A stretch of 64,000 nt of DNA, from NCBI GenBank assembly GCA_021414205.1, contig JAIOOW010000003.1, positions 364,365-428,364 on the forward strand, written 5' to 3'. The notes beneath the pieces are model-generated. The model ran no database searches and was not told the DNA's origin. It saw nothing but the letters and a program-made list of their open reading frames with translations. Positions 17,162 to 26,917 of this stretch are shown piece after piece. Origin of the DNA: Candidatus Anderseniibacteriota bacterium. GTDB taxonomy: Bacteria; Patescibacteriota; Andersenbacteria; UBA10190. Both the position numbers and the translations under genes were made by a program. Numbering within the stretch: position 1 is the first letter of the stretch; each line of letters opens with the position of its first letter.

Positions 17162-19825
17162 TTACTTCCCATGGCACTTCTTAAACTTCTTTCCTGATCC
17201 ACACGGGCATGGGTCGTTGCGACCGACATCTTTGTATGGATTATGGAGCGTGCCTTCTGAATCGGTATTTTGTGCGGGTTGTGACGCTGCAGATGGCTGT
17301 GGCGATGTGGTTCCAGAAGATGCTAATTGATGCACGCTGGCTGCTTCCGCATGCTGCGCTATTCCTGCAGGTTCATCGATTGCCAAGCCTGCTGGCGCAT
17401 TATGGAAATGCGCATGGCCGGGGCCTTGTACTTCCGCGCGCAGAACTGTTTCAAGGAGTGCGCCTTTAATAGTGCCGAGCAATTCTTGGAATAATCGGTG
17501 GCCTTCTTTTTGATATTCTACTAAGGGATCGCGCTGGCCGTATCCGCGCAGGCCAATACCCGTGCGTACATAATCCATCGTATCTAAGTGGTCCATCCAT
17601 AATGAATCGATAGAACGTAGTGCTGCAGCTTGTTCTAATTGCTTCATCGTATCTTCGCCAAGCGCTTCGTGTTTTTCTTGAATCTTTCCTGCTAAAATAT
17701 TTCCTACTTCAATTGTTACGGCATCGCGCGCAGCTTCCGGTCCGCTCGCATTTTCTTTTGCAATAAGATCAGATAGATTGGTATGCGTTTCCGCAGTCGG
17801 CGTATTTGTAAGTGCATGGAGGGACTCTGCAATTTCTTTCACGTTCCAATCTTCTACTTGAGCGCTGGCTGTGTGTACTCCAATGAGCGAGCTTGCTTGC
17901 TCCCGTGCTAATTCCAAAATACGTTCATGGATGGAGATTGCATCTTGGTTTGGTTCTTTCCAAGTTGAAGATTCGAGTAGAGATCGGCGCAATGTATAGA
18001 TTGCAATACGCTGCTTATTGAGTACGTTGTCGTACGACAATACTTGCTTACGCATATCAAAGTAGTATCCCTCTACGCGTTCCTGCGCACCCTCTAAGGC
18101 TCGGCTTACTAGCCCATTTTCAATCGGTTCATCTTCGGGAACGTTGAGGCGTTCCATTAAGCTTTTGATTTTCGATCCGCCGAATACGCGCATCACGTCG
18201 TCTTCCATACTCACGTAGAATTGCGTTTCTCCCGGGTCGCCTTGTCGTCCGGATCGTCCGCGAAGCTGGTTATCGATACGGCGCGCTTCGTGCCGTTCTG
18301 TTCCAAGAACGGTGAGTCCGCCTAACTGCGCAACGCCATCTCCTAATTTAATATCTGTACCTCGCCCTGCCATGTTGGTGGAAATGGTGACGGCGCCCTT
18401 CTTGCCCGCTTGCGCAATAATTTCCGCTTCTCTTGCGTGGTGCTTCGCGTTGAGCACTTCATGGGGAACGCCTTTTTGTTTGAGCAATTCTGAAATATAC
18501 TCAGATTTTTCAATAGCAATCGTACCAACCAATACCGGCTGACCTTTTGCATGACGAGCGGCAATGTCTTCAACTAATTGGCGGAACTTCGCTTTCTCGT
18601 TCACGTATACACGATCCGTTTTATCGATACGGGTAAGTTTTTGATTCGTAGGCACGACTACAACATCGAGATTATATACTTGCTCGAACTCTTCTGCAGA
18701 AGTTACAGCTGTTCCTGTCATGCCACCGATGTGCTTATATAATCTGAAAAAGTTTTGGAATGTAATAGACGCAAGCGTGCGGCTTTCTTGCTGCACTTCT
18801 ACGCGCTCTTTTGCTTCAAGCGCCTGATGTAATCCATCGGAATATCTGCGCCCATCCATAAGTCGGCCGGTGAATTCATCAACGATGACAACTTTGCCAT
18901 CTTGAACGATATAGTCTTTATCTTTGTGATAGAGCGTTTGCGCGCGGAGTGCCTGCTCCAAATGATGGACGAATCGGATGCCTTTTTCCGCGTAGATATT
19001 TTCTATGCCGAGATTTTTTTCGACAAACGTAACCCCTTCGTCGGTAAGCGTTGCAGCTTTTCGTTTTTCATCTACGTTATAGTGGGTATCTTCTGAAAGA
19101 AGCGGAATGATTCTGGAGAATTGGTCGTACAGGTTAGTAGAATCTTGGTCAGGTGCGGAAATAATAAGCGGCGTTCGAGCTTCGTCGATCAGGATGCTGT
19201 CTACTTCGTCCACGAGTGCATAATACAATTCCCGCTGAGCTAATTGCTCTACGCTCTGCGCCATGTTGTCGCGCAAATAATCGAATCCGAATTCGTTGTT
19301 TGTTCCATAGGTAATATCGCACGCGTATGCTTCGCGTTTTTGCTGAGGAGATTGTCCGGCTTGGATGACGCCTAGGGTAAGTCCGAAGAATTCGTAGACC
19401 GGGCGCATCCATTCGGCGTCGCGAGATGCGAGGTATTCGTTGGCCGTGACTAAGTGAGCGCCCTTTCCTGCTAGCGCGTTTAATGTGAGCGGCAGTGTTG
19501 CCACTAATGTTTTACCTTCTCCCGTTTTCATTTCCGCAATACTGTCTTTGAGCAGCGCCAATCCTCCAATTAACTGCACGTCAAAATGGCGCATGTTTAA
19601 AATACGCTTGGACGCTTCGCGAACACCTGCAAAGATTTCGGGAATGTGCTTGTCGATTTCGGCTCGATCCTTTCCTTTAAATTTCGCAACGTATTCTTTT
19701 AAATCCGCATCTGAAAGCTTGGAAACAGTTGCTTCTAATGCATTAATTTGCGCAACCACGGGCCGATACGCTTCAGCGGCCTTTTCGTGGCGCGAGGCCC
19801 CTCGAAAAATATCAAACAATGCCAT
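17162..19825 (-). CDS. secA: preprotein translocase ATPase SecA
   Basis: 887 aa with DEAD-like motor motifs and a C-terminal zinc-binding tail (CPCGSGKKFKKCHG). Confidence 0.95.
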   Translation of the reverse strand: MALFDIFRGASRHEKAAEAYRPVVAQINALEATVSKLSDADLKEYVAKFKGKDRAEIDKHIPEIFAGVREASKRILNMRHFDVQLIGGLALLKDSIAEMKTGEGKTLVATLPLTLNALAGKGAHLVTANEYLASRDAEWMRPVYEFFGLTLGVIQAGQSPQQKREAYACDITYGTNNEFGFDYLRDNMAQSVEQLAQRELYYALVDEVDSILIDEARTPLIISAPDQDSTNLYDQFSRIIPLLSEDTHYNVDEKRKAATLTDEGVTFVEKNLGIENIYAEKGIRFVHHLEQALRAQTLYHKDKDYIVQDGKVVIVDEFTGRLMDGRRYSDGLHQALEAKERVEVQQESRTLASITFQNFFRLYKHIGGMTGTAVTSAEEFEQVYNLDVVVVPTNQKLTRIDKTDRVYVNEKAKFRQLVEDIAARHAKGQPVLVGTIAIEKSEYISELLKQKGVPHEVLNAKHHAREAEIIAQAGKKGAVTISTNMAGRGTDIKLGDGVAQLGGLTVLGTERHEARRIDNQLRGRSGRQGDPGETQFYVSMEDDVMRVFGGSKIKSLMERLNVPEDEPIENGLVSRALEGAQERVEGYYFDMRKQVLSYDNVLNKQRIAIYTLRRSLLESSTWKEPNQDAISIHERILELAREQASSLIGVHTASAQVEDWNVKEIAESLHALTNTPTAETHTNLSDLIAKENASGPEAARDAVTIEVGNILAGKIQEKHEALGEDTMKQLEQAAALRSIDSLWMDHLDTMDYVRTGIGLRGYGQRDPLVEYQKEGHRLFQELLGTIKGALLETVLRAEVQGPGHAHFHNAPAGLAIDEPAGIAQHAEAASVHQLASSGTTSPQPSAASQPAQNTDSEGTLHNPYKDVGRNDPCPCGSGKKFKKCHGK

Positions 19826-19830
19826 AGATT

Positions 19831-20136
19831 TTAGTTGTGGTCTTTTCTGCGATCGTGAGCGTCAGAAAGTTCGCTTTTAAGTGCGGCGTATGCGGCATCG
19901 ATTGCATTTTGAACTGTATCTTCTGATCGTTCTGCTCGATATACCTTTTTGCCATGTTCGATCATGATAACGCATCGAATGACGCTTCCGTGTGTGTGGT
20001 GCGTGTCATGGGCAATGGTAACGTCTGTTACAAAAGGCGGTTCGATATGTTTTTCGAGGCGATTCAAGCAATCTTCCAGTTTTTCTCTATCTTGATTTGT
20101 AAGTTCAATATGTTCTGTTCGAAGTGAATATTTCAT
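19831..20136 (-). CDS. hpf: ribosome hibernation promoting factor / RaiA family (short form)
   Basis: 101 aa; the YfiA/HPF fold signature (…HIELTNQDREKLEDCLNRLEKH…VTIAHD…) is present. Confidence 0.75.
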   Translation of the reverse strand: MKYSLRTEHIELTNQDREKLEDCLNRLEKHIEPPFVTDVTIAHDTHHTHGSVIRCVIMIEHGKKVYRAERSEDTVQNAIDAAYAALKSELSDAHDRRKDHN

Positions 20137-20139
20137 ATA

Positions 20140-21258
20140 TCAAGTATTCCTTACTTCAAGCAGATGTTCAACCTGTTTTGCAACACCTTCTCGGAATCTG
20201 TCAACTGAAAATTGGAGCGCCTGCTGCTGAAGACGGCTTACATTGAACGTCTTTTCTGTGCGAATAAACGTGCGCAGAGCCTCTGCCAGCGTCTCGGGAA
20301 GCTGTTCTGGATACAAGATGCCATGGACGCCGTTTCGAGCGATCTCGGTGATTCCGCCTGCACCATACGCAATAACAGGTGTTCCGCACGCCAGCGCTTC
20401 CGCGGCGGTCATGCCGAAGTCTTCGATACCTGGCTGAATAAGCGCTCGAGCATTTCTATATAATTCCCGCAATTCTTCTTTGGAAACTGCTCCTACGAAA
20501 TGCGTGTGCTTGCCCGCCAGTTTTTCTAATCGCTTTTTATCTCTTCCTGTGCCCGCTATAACTAATTTTAAGCCCAGTTTTTCCGCAACTAAAATAGCGT
20601 GGTCAAATTTTTTCTCTGGTGTGAGCCTGCCTACGCACAGGAAATAATCTTTGGATGTATGTTTAGATGCCGGGAAGAAAAAGTTTGTATCTACTGGCGG
20701 GTATACGACAACGCTGTCTTTTCTATAGTATGTTTTGATTTTATGTTTTGTGTATTGCGAATTTGCAATATATGCATCCGGTCGCTGGGCGAACGTAAAG
20801 TCGAGCATGCGCAAAAAATGAAACATGAATTTGAGTGCAAAGCTGGCATACCTATTTCGCTTCGTAATACCGTGCGATGCATCCCATAAGTACCTCGTTG
20901 GCGTGTGGCAATAGCACAAATGCGGAACATTCGATCTTGTAATAATTCCCTTTGCGAATCCGCTTGCAGAGCTAATAACGATGTCATAATCAGACAAATC
21001 GAATTGTTCTACTGCCTGCGGGAGGAATGGCAGTATTCTTCCGGGATGTTGCCTGAACCATAACGGCCATGTTTGGAGTGACGATGTATAAATATCGTGC
21101 GTCTTGCCGTCCACTGTCATTTTAGGAATATTCCCCGCATATAGGCTGTATATATCTGCTTGCGGATACATACGCACTAATTCTTCTAATACCATTTCCG
21201 CCCCGCCTCGGCGGACCAGTTCATCGTGGACAAGAGCAACTTTCAAATCTGTAGGCAT
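20140..21258 (-). CDS. glycosyltransferase family 4 (GT-B)
   Basis: 372 aa with the EX7E-type C-terminal GT4 motif (…GRLTPEKKFDHAILVAEKL…). Confidence 0.8.
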   Translation of the reverse strand: MPTDLKVALVHDELVRRGGAEMVLEELVRMYPQADIYSLYAGNIPKMTVDGKTHDIYTSSLQTWPLWFRQHPGRILPFLPQAVEQFDLSDYDIVISSASGFAKGIITRSNVPHLCYCHTPTRYLWDASHGITKRNRYASFALKFMFHFLRMLDFTFAQRPDAYIANSQYTKHKIKTYYRKDSVVVYPPVDTNFFFPASKHTSKDYFLCVGRLTPEKKFDHAILVAEKLGLKLVIAGTGRDKKRLEKLAGKHTHFVGAVSKEELRELYRNARALIQPGIEDFGMTAAEALACGTPVIAYGAGGITEIARNGVHGILYPEQLPETLAEALRTFIRTEKTFNVSRLQQQALQFSVDRFREGVAKQVEHLLEVRNT

Positions 21259-21264
21259 CTATCA

Positions 21265-21294
21265 AGCCTATCGTATTCTGTTCGCGTGGGCAAT
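21265..21294 (-). promoter_or_regulatory. copy A of a 26-nt repeated motif (minus-strand reading ATTGCCCACGCGAACAGAATACGATAG) immediately upstream of the GT4 start; weak promoter-like (TTGCCC-17-TAGGCT)
   Basis: tatcgtattctgttcgcgtgggcaat at 21269-21294 matches 22211-22237 at 22 of 26 positions. Confidence 0.4.
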
Positions 21295-21336
21295 ATATAA
21301 AAAGACCCCGCAGGCTGCGAGGTCAAACGTGATTCC

Positions 21337-22161
21337 TTATAGAGGGTTAGCAAGGTTGTGTGCTAGTGTAGCAAACCCAACCAATAGGGTGATTGCTTGA
21401 ATAGGATTTTCTACGTGATCGTCGACAAGGTCGATACCACCCGGCTCCATCTTCTGTTTCATTCGTAGTGATCCGCGCGCTGGTTCGTTGAATGTTACAA
21501 CAAACGGTTGACGAAATTCTACGCGCGACAACGGAAGCACAATCGGCCTACCGAAGAGTATTGCGTTGGTGTTATTCATTGCAATCTCTACGTCTCGTGC
21601 GATCCTTCCCCAGTTCGTCTCTTGATCCTTTAGTATCTGGCAGTATTGAGAAGAGAGACAGGCGTGTAATCCACACGGGAAGCGATGTTCATCCTTGTGA
21701 ACAAACGGAAGAACCTGACATTCTTGATACGCCTCTTCTTTTGAGGGGTGGTTGAGGTCAGCTGTATCGAGACATTCAAAGAGTGCCATGAGCGAGGCAA
21801 TACTACTGCGTGCCGTATGCCAGCCCAGCGGAGTGACAGCCCCCTCTTTATCCAAATCCAAGGTAGGAATTGGATACCCAATACGCACATCGCTAGATGG
21901 AGTTATTGTATGAGTGAGAAGGCTAAATCCAAATCCCCAGGCAGTTTTGGGTGCGTTTGACGGAGGGATGAAGTCTCCTATCTCAAGCGTACTAAGCCCG
22001 TTCTGCTGGTTTGCTTGGTGGGCAAAATACTCTTGCGAAGCAAGCCAGGTTGGAGTCGGAATGCTGATGAGGAGTTCTGTGCGATTGGGTGTGGAAATTG
22101 CGCTGAGGCTGTACAGTCGTGGCAGTACGCGTTCGGAAGAAAGGCGAAATGCTGCTGGCAT
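21337..22161 (-). CDS. hypothetical protein (274 aa), no recognised family
   Basis: ORF with GGAGA 9 nt upstream of its ATG, flanked on both sides by the 26-nt repeat. GC looks slightly higher than its neighbours. Confidence 0.5.
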   Translation of the reverse strand: MPAAFRLSSERVLPRLYSLSAISTPNRTELLISIPTPTWLASQEYFAHQANQQNGLSTLEIGDFIPPSNAPKTAWGFGFSLLTHTITPSSDVRIGYPIPTLDLDKEGAVTPLGWHTARSSIASLMALFECLDTADLNHPSKEEAYQECQVLPFVHKDEHRFPCGLHACLSSQYCQILKDQETNWGRIARDVEIAMNNTNAILFGRPIVLPLSRVEFRQPFVVTFNEPARGSLRMKQKMEPGGIDLVDDHVENPIQAITLLVGFATLAHNLANPL

Positions 22162-22206
22162 GACAATGTCTCCATAGGTTGTGAGTGTTCAATCGTCCCT
22201 GAGTAT

Positions 22207-22237
22207 CTTATATCGCAATTTGTTCGCGTGGGCAATT
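22207..22237 (-). promoter_or_regulatory. copy B of the 26-nt repeat; good promoter-like element (TTGCCC-17-TATAAG) for the 274-aa gene
   Basis: The reverse complement of gggcaa (22230-22235) serves as -35. A 17-nt spacer follows, and the reverse complement of cttata (22207-22212) serves as -10. The element abuts the GT-C stop codon at 22240. Confidence 0.45.
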
Positions 22238-22239
22238 GG

Positions 22240-24711
22240 CTACTTCGCCGGTTTTATTCTTTGGGAAAATACGAGCGTATTGGAGCCGTTTGAAATGCCT
22301 TTTACTGACTTCCAGTTCGCTTTCAGGTCGTTGGTGATTGGGTCGTATTCGTTGAGGTATGAGAATTGTGTTTGGTTATCTAGGAGGAAATATTTTGCCG
22401 TTGCGAAGCTTGCAACCATATCTGTTGCGCGTGGAAGAAATGTTTGAATACGCTCCGGATTCGTTCTAGTAAATTCGTACGCATACCAGCGAGGATGGGA
22501 AATATTTAATACCGTTTGATATCCGGCTAAGTATGGAATAAGAGATGCGCCTGTAAATATTGGCTCCCCCTTTGGAACGTTTTGCTTAATCCATGCAGCA
22601 GCTTCGTATGCAGCTTTTTGGTCGAATGTCCCGGTGTGTTCAAAAGAATATGTGATATAACTAGATACTGTTGCTGACCATGCAAAGATTATTGCAAAGG
22701 CGGTAAGTGTTGCGTATTTGAGTAGGCGAATTTTTACCTGCAAACTTCGTGCAATGAATGCCTCAAGCCCTACTCCTGCGATAAGTGTGAGTGGTGGAAT
22801 GAACTCTGAGATATAATTTGCATGAAACTTGATCCACTTTGCGTAGAAGAACATCATGCTGCCCACCCATATGAGGCCGATGAGTCCTCGCAGCCATGCT
22901 ACGTTTCTTCGTTCTGATTTCGATTCTTGGGCAGTGATGCTTGGCAAGAACAGTGCGCCAATTAACGTAATTCCAAATAACCACCACAGCGTCGGAACTC
23001 CGTATTTCATGAACTTTGCACCTTCGTATTGCGAGAAGAAATCCCATGCCCACCAGAAAATCCCTAGAGGAATAACCCAGGCAATTCTAGATAGGAGCAA
23101 CGCTTTTGTTTTCTTGAATAATGATGCAAAAGCATCTTGCAAGTAAAATCCAACGCCAAGCATCGAGAGTAAAATAATCGGCAGTGACTCTCGGAAGAAC
23201 GGCGTCATACCCTTTAGGTCGTATTCCCTGATTTGTTCTATTTGGTCTGGGTCGATGCTCGATATGCCGTCTTCTGCAGAGTTAATTCCAAGCGCTTCTG
23301 TAATACCAACTCCGCCATACACTGTGTATGCGTATAGCATGAATAGCGCGAGTACGCCGATAAATCCTATGCCGACATATAATGTATTTCTGAGTCGCGC
23401 ATTCCAATTTTTGGATAATGTGACAAGAAGTAAGATCACGGTAAGTCCTAGTGCTAACATGCTTTTGCGTGAAGCCACAGCAAGGCCGATAACGGCGCCC
23501 GCAATAATGAGCCACTTTGGCGATGCCATTTTTTCTTTGAGAGCATATGCAAGCAGCGCAATTCCCGACATGCCGAAGAATATGGCAACGCTTTGCGTGT
23601 GTACGTAAATTGTTGATACCACTGCTGTTCCCATGCAGGCCCACAGTGCTGCCGAAACAAGGGCAGCGCGAGTGGTCCAAATACTTCTGACTAATAAAAA
23701 TACCGGATAGACTAATGCTGAGCCGGCAATAATAGATGAAAGCCTGCCAGCAAATGCCGTGTGTCCGAGAATTGCTTCCCATACTGCAACCCATGCAATC
23801 ACGAGGGGTGCTTTTACATACCCATCGCCTCCTGCAAAGTGGCCGTGCAGAATTGACCATGCATCGTATAAGTAATTCCCTTCATCGTCTGTAAATGGCA
23901 ATTCTAATGCGTAAAATATTCGGATAACGGCGCCGATGATCGCAAGGCCAAGTAATACCATCCATGTTTTCGGCATTTTTTTAAATCTAAATAATACAAA
24001 GCAAAGTGCGAGCACGATGACGCTTGGCACGAACGCCCCGGTCCATAACGCGTATTCATGCCGATTGTCGTTCCAGGTATTTATAAATACCTGGATGGCA
24101 TTCGTTATGCTGTGATATATAAATGTTCCAGCTGGGACGGAATATAATGTTTGAAATGCTACGTCGATAGTTTGTTTTCCTGATCGCTGAATAATATTGT
24201 CCGTAGCAGGCGCATTGTTTGCTGTATGGATAACATATCCGGTGCCATGTAGGTATGTATCTTTATTATTCAAATCAATTGCAATTGCGTTGCCTTTAAC
24301 GCTTTCCGGAGAATCAACGAGGAAAAAGTATGTTTTGCCTTTTGAGTCTGCAATTGCCGGGAACAAGAAATTATAAAATTGATTATCGCCAAACTTTGTT
24401 GGAGACGCAGATACGGTGCGGATATCGTTGCCTGCAGAAACGGAATTGCGAAGGTGCAAGGTGACAGGGTGCGTATTATCTCGCCCGGAATATGTTGCAA
24501 TTATTACTCCGATTCCAGATAGATTATTCTTTTGTGCGACGATAGTCTGGCCAATTGCATTTGTACCAGTTAATTCTCCGGAATTAAGGGCATGGTCTTC
24601 TTGCCGTTCTCCAACCTCGGGAACGTGAATAAGTACGAGGGCAATTCCGATAATGCATGCAACTACAAAAGAGGTTGTTTTAAGCGATAATTTCATAAAA
24701 TTAGTATACAT
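22240..24711 (-). CDS. GT-C fold glycosyltransferase, ArnT/PMT-like (GT39/GT83 family) with large extracytoplasmic N-terminal domain
   Basis: 823 aa with more than 10 TM helices. The first extracytoplasmic loop carries the characteristic DDEGNY (DE motif) followed by a conserved hydrophobic core (…PLVIAWVAVWE…). Confidence 0.75.
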   Translation of the reverse strand: MYTNFMKLSLKTTSFVVACIIGIALVLIHVPEVGERQEDHALNSGELTGTNAIGQTIVAQKNNLSGIGVIIATYSGRDNTHPVTLHLRNSVSAGNDIRTVSASPTKFGDNQFYNFLFPAIADSKGKTYFFLVDSPESVKGNAIAIDLNNKDTYLHGTGYVIHTANNAPATDNIIQRSGKQTIDVAFQTLYSVPAGTFIYHSITNAIQVFINTWNDNRHEYALWTGAFVPSVIVLALCFVLFRFKKMPKTWMVLLGLAIIGAVIRIFYALELPFTDDEGNYLYDAWSILHGHFAGGDGYVKAPLVIAWVAVWEAILGHTAFAGRLSSIIAGSALVYPVFLLVRSIWTTRAALVSAALWACMGTAVVSTIYVHTQSVAIFFGMSGIALLAYALKEKMASPKWLIIAGAVIGLAVASRKSMLALGLTVILLLVTLSKNWNARLRNTLYVGIGFIGVLALFMLYAYTVYGGVGITEALGINSAEDGISSIDPDQIEQIREYDLKGMTPFFRESLPIILLSMLGVGFYLQDAFASLFKKTKALLLSRIAWVIPLGIFWWAWDFFSQYEGAKFMKYGVPTLWWLFGITLIGALFLPSITAQESKSERRNVAWLRGLIGLIWVGSMMFFYAKWIKFHANYISEFIPPLTLIAGVGLEAFIARSLQVKIRLLKYATLTAFAIIFAWSATVSSYITYSFEHTGTFDQKAAYEAAAWIKQNVPKGEPIFTGASLIPYLAGYQTVLNISHPRWYAYEFTRTNPERIQTFLPRATDMVASFATAKYFLLDNQTQFSYLNEYDPITNDLKANWKSVKGISNGSNTLVFSQRIKPAK

Positions 24712-24744
24712 GAAAAATTCCCCGTCTTTACGGGGAATTTTTTT
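24712..24744 (-). terminator. intrinsic terminator closing the ribosomal operon, abutting the GT-C start codon
   Basis: Stem ttccccg(24718-24724)/cggggaa(24731-24737). On the minus strand it is followed by TTTTTC and then the ATG of the GT-C gene. The + strand also has a 7-T run, so it is symmetric. Confidence 0.5.
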
Positions 24745-25135
24745 ATCGCTTTGAGAACTGAGGTGCTCGGCGAGCTCCTTTGAGTCCGGGCTTTTTTCGT
24801 TCCTTTGCTCGAGAGTCTCGAGAAAGTAATCCTGCTTGCTTTAATTGCTTTCGGAATCCTTCATCGATCGTAACAAGTGCGCGGGCGATTCCAAGAGAAA
24901 TGGCTTCTGCCTGGGCGTTCTTTCCGCTTCCGGCAACTTTCACTCGAAGTCCGTATTCAGAATCTTGGCTCGTAAGCTTGAGGGCTCGAAGCGCAGTGTT
25001 CTGCAGAGCTTCTGTAGAAAGATATTGTTCAAACGGAATATCGTTGATCGTTTTTACTTCCTTTTCTGCAACGAGCAATACTTTTGCAACTGCAGTTTTT
25101 CGTCGGCCTAGTCCGTGGTTAAGCTTTGTAGTCAT
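24743..25135 (-). CDS. rpsI: 30S ribosomal protein S9
   Basis: 130 aa; GRRKTAVAKV signature and C-terminal …QFSKR. Confidence 0.92.
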   Translation of the reverse strand: MTTKLNHGLGRRKTAVAKVLLVAEKEVKTINDIPFEQYLSTEALQNTALRALKLTSQDSEYGLRVKVAGSGKNAQAEAISLGIARALVTIDEGFRKQLKQAGLLSRDSRAKERKKPGLKGARRAPQFSKR

Positions 25136-25542
25136 ACTGTTGGAGTATTAGTTTGAGGCATGTGCGGATGCGTCTCAGTAGGATAAATATGTAATTGAGC
25201 TAAGCGATCATTTCGAAGATTGTTCTTTGGCAACATTCCAGAAACTGCTTCTCGAATAACGAACGAAGAATCTTTCCCCATTTGCTCTTCAAGAGTTCGT
25301 TCGCGAAGACCTCCTGGGTACCCAGTGTATCGTCGGTACATTTTTTGGTCTCGCTTCTTTCCTGTTACAACAAGAGAGTCTGAGTTGATAACGATAACAT
25401 GATCAGGCGCAACAGTGTGTTGAGCTGAGCCAGTTAAGTGCTTGCCAAGTAAAATAGTTGCAATTTGCGTTGCAAGACGACCAAGCGTTGTGCTTTTCGC
25501 GTCGAGTACGTGCCATTGTGCTTTTACAGGTTCTTTTTTCAT
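25132..25542 (-). CDS. rplM: 50S ribosomal protein L13
   Basis: 136 aa; WHVLDAKSTTLGRLATQIATILLGKH. Confidence 0.92.
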   Translation of the reverse strand: MKKEPVKAQWHVLDAKSTTLGRLATQIATILLGKHLTGSAQHTVAPDHVIVINSDSLVVTGKKRDQKMYRRYTGYPGGLRERTLEEQMGKDSSFVIREAVSGMLPKNNLRNDRLAQLHIYPTETHPHMPQTNTPTV

Positions 25543-25889
25543 AGGATTTCAATATGAGCCATGTGCGCAGCATCGGAACGCGTCACAGGAAGTTTAGTAA
25601 TTCGAAGGTACCCGCCTGGGCGCTTTTCGTTCTTTTTTGCAACATCTAGCATTCTCTGCAAATCTTCTTTGTGCTCCAGTTTGGAAATAAGAATACGTCG
25701 ATTTGCAAGCGTAAGTTCTTGCTTTGCACGAGTTACGATCGGTTCAAAGTGTCGGCGAAGTTCCTTTGCCTTAGCTTCAGTTGTTGTAATAGCTCCGTGT
25801 TCCAATAACGAGCTTGTCAAAAGACGCATCAAATGCAATCGCTCGTCAGCGGATCGACCCAGTATTCTATTGTTGACTTTCTTTCGCAT
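25539..25889 (-). CDS. rplQ: 50S ribosomal protein L17
   Basis: 116 aa; ILGRSADERLHLMRLLTSSLLEHGAITTTEAKAKELR. Confidence 0.92.
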   Translation of the reverse strand: MRKKVNNRILGRSADERLHLMRLLTSSLLEHGAITTTEAKAKELRRHFEPIVTRAKQELTLANRRILISKLEHKEDLQRMLDVAKKNEKRPGGYLRITKLPVTRSDAAHMAHIEIL

Positions 25890-25895
25890 GGGATG

Positions 25896-26885
25896 TTATT
25901 TAGAATCAGCTTCTTCGTCTGATGGTGTATCTTGTTCTGCTTTTGACTTTTTTGCAAATTCATCACGAGCATCTGCAACGTCTTGAACTGCTTTCGCCCC
26001 CAATCCTGGGATATCGCTGATTTGTTCATCTGATAAGTCGAGTACTTGTTCAACAGTAGTAATCCCAACGCGTTCGAGTGCATTGTGTACGCGGGATGGA
26101 AGCTGGAGAAGGTTAAGTGTATTTTCTGGCATTAACGGTTCCTGAACCACCTCTTCTTCAACAACTGCTACTGGTCGATTCGCAGTAAGAAGTTCGGAAA
26201 AATCTCCTGCAAGCTGTGCGAAGTGGTCGCGGAGGATAGAAGATGCTTGCTGGAGCGCATCCTTTGGAGTAATGCTTCCGTTTGTTGCGATCTGCATAAT
26301 AAGGCTGTGGTAATCAGTTGCCTGTCCTACTCGAACGTTTTCAACGGAGAAGCTTACGCGCTCAACTGGAGTAAATGTTGCATCAAGCGCAATCGTTCCG
26401 ATTGTTCGAAGCTTTGGATCCTGAGTTTCGGAAGGAACATATCCTCGCCCTCGTTCTACGGTGCATGTCATTTCAAGAGATCCGTCCTTATCTGTGATTG
26501 TTGCGATCACGTGATCCGGGTTGATGATCTTCACTTCAGGTGGAACTGAGAAGTCTCCTGCAGTAACTACGCCAGCGCCCTTTTTCTCTAGCTTGATTTC
26601 AATTGGATCGTTGCTTGTTGAAGATACGCGAATACCTTTGATATTCAACATAATTGAAACGATATCTTCTTGAACGCCTGGAAGCGCTGAAAATTCATGA
26701 TCGATTTTCTCAATCTTCATCTGCGTAATAGCAGCCCCTGGCAATGAAGATAAGAGTACTCGTCGAAGAGCGTTTCCTACCGTCGGCCCGTATCCTGGGT
26801 GGTATGGCTTAATAGTGAATGTAGCAGTGTTAGCAGCATCTTCCTTGATGTCTACTTCTCCTGGCAAATATATTTCTTGCAACAT
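25896..26885 (-). CDS. rpoA: DNA-directed RNA polymerase alpha subunit
   Basis: 329 aa with the alpha NTD (…GYGPTVGNALRRVLLSS…) and the CTD HhH (…LLQLPSRVHNALERVGITTVEQVL…). Confidence 0.95.
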   Translation of the reverse strand: MLQEIYLPGEVDIKEDAANTATFTIKPYHPGYGPTVGNALRRVLLSSLPGAAITQMKIEKIDHEFSALPGVQEDIVSIMLNIKGIRVSSTSNDPIEIKLEKKGAGVVTAGDFSVPPEVKIINPDHVIATITDKDGSLEMTCTVERGRGYVPSETQDPKLRTIGTIALDATFTPVERVSFSVENVRVGQATDYHSLIMQIATNGSITPKDALQQASSILRDHFAQLAGDFSELLTANRPVAVVEEEVVQEPLMPENTLNLLQLPSRVHNALERVGITTVEQVLDLSDEQISDIPGLGAKAVQDVADARDEFAKKSKAEQDTPSDEEADSK

Positions 26886-26917
26886 AGTGATAAAGTTATT
26901 AATGAAATGATTTTAAA

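Noticed and set aside
23282-23860. 192-aa Cys/Arg-rich ORF inside the GT-C gene
   Set aside because: Alternative-frame artefact within a well-supported membrane-protein CDS.
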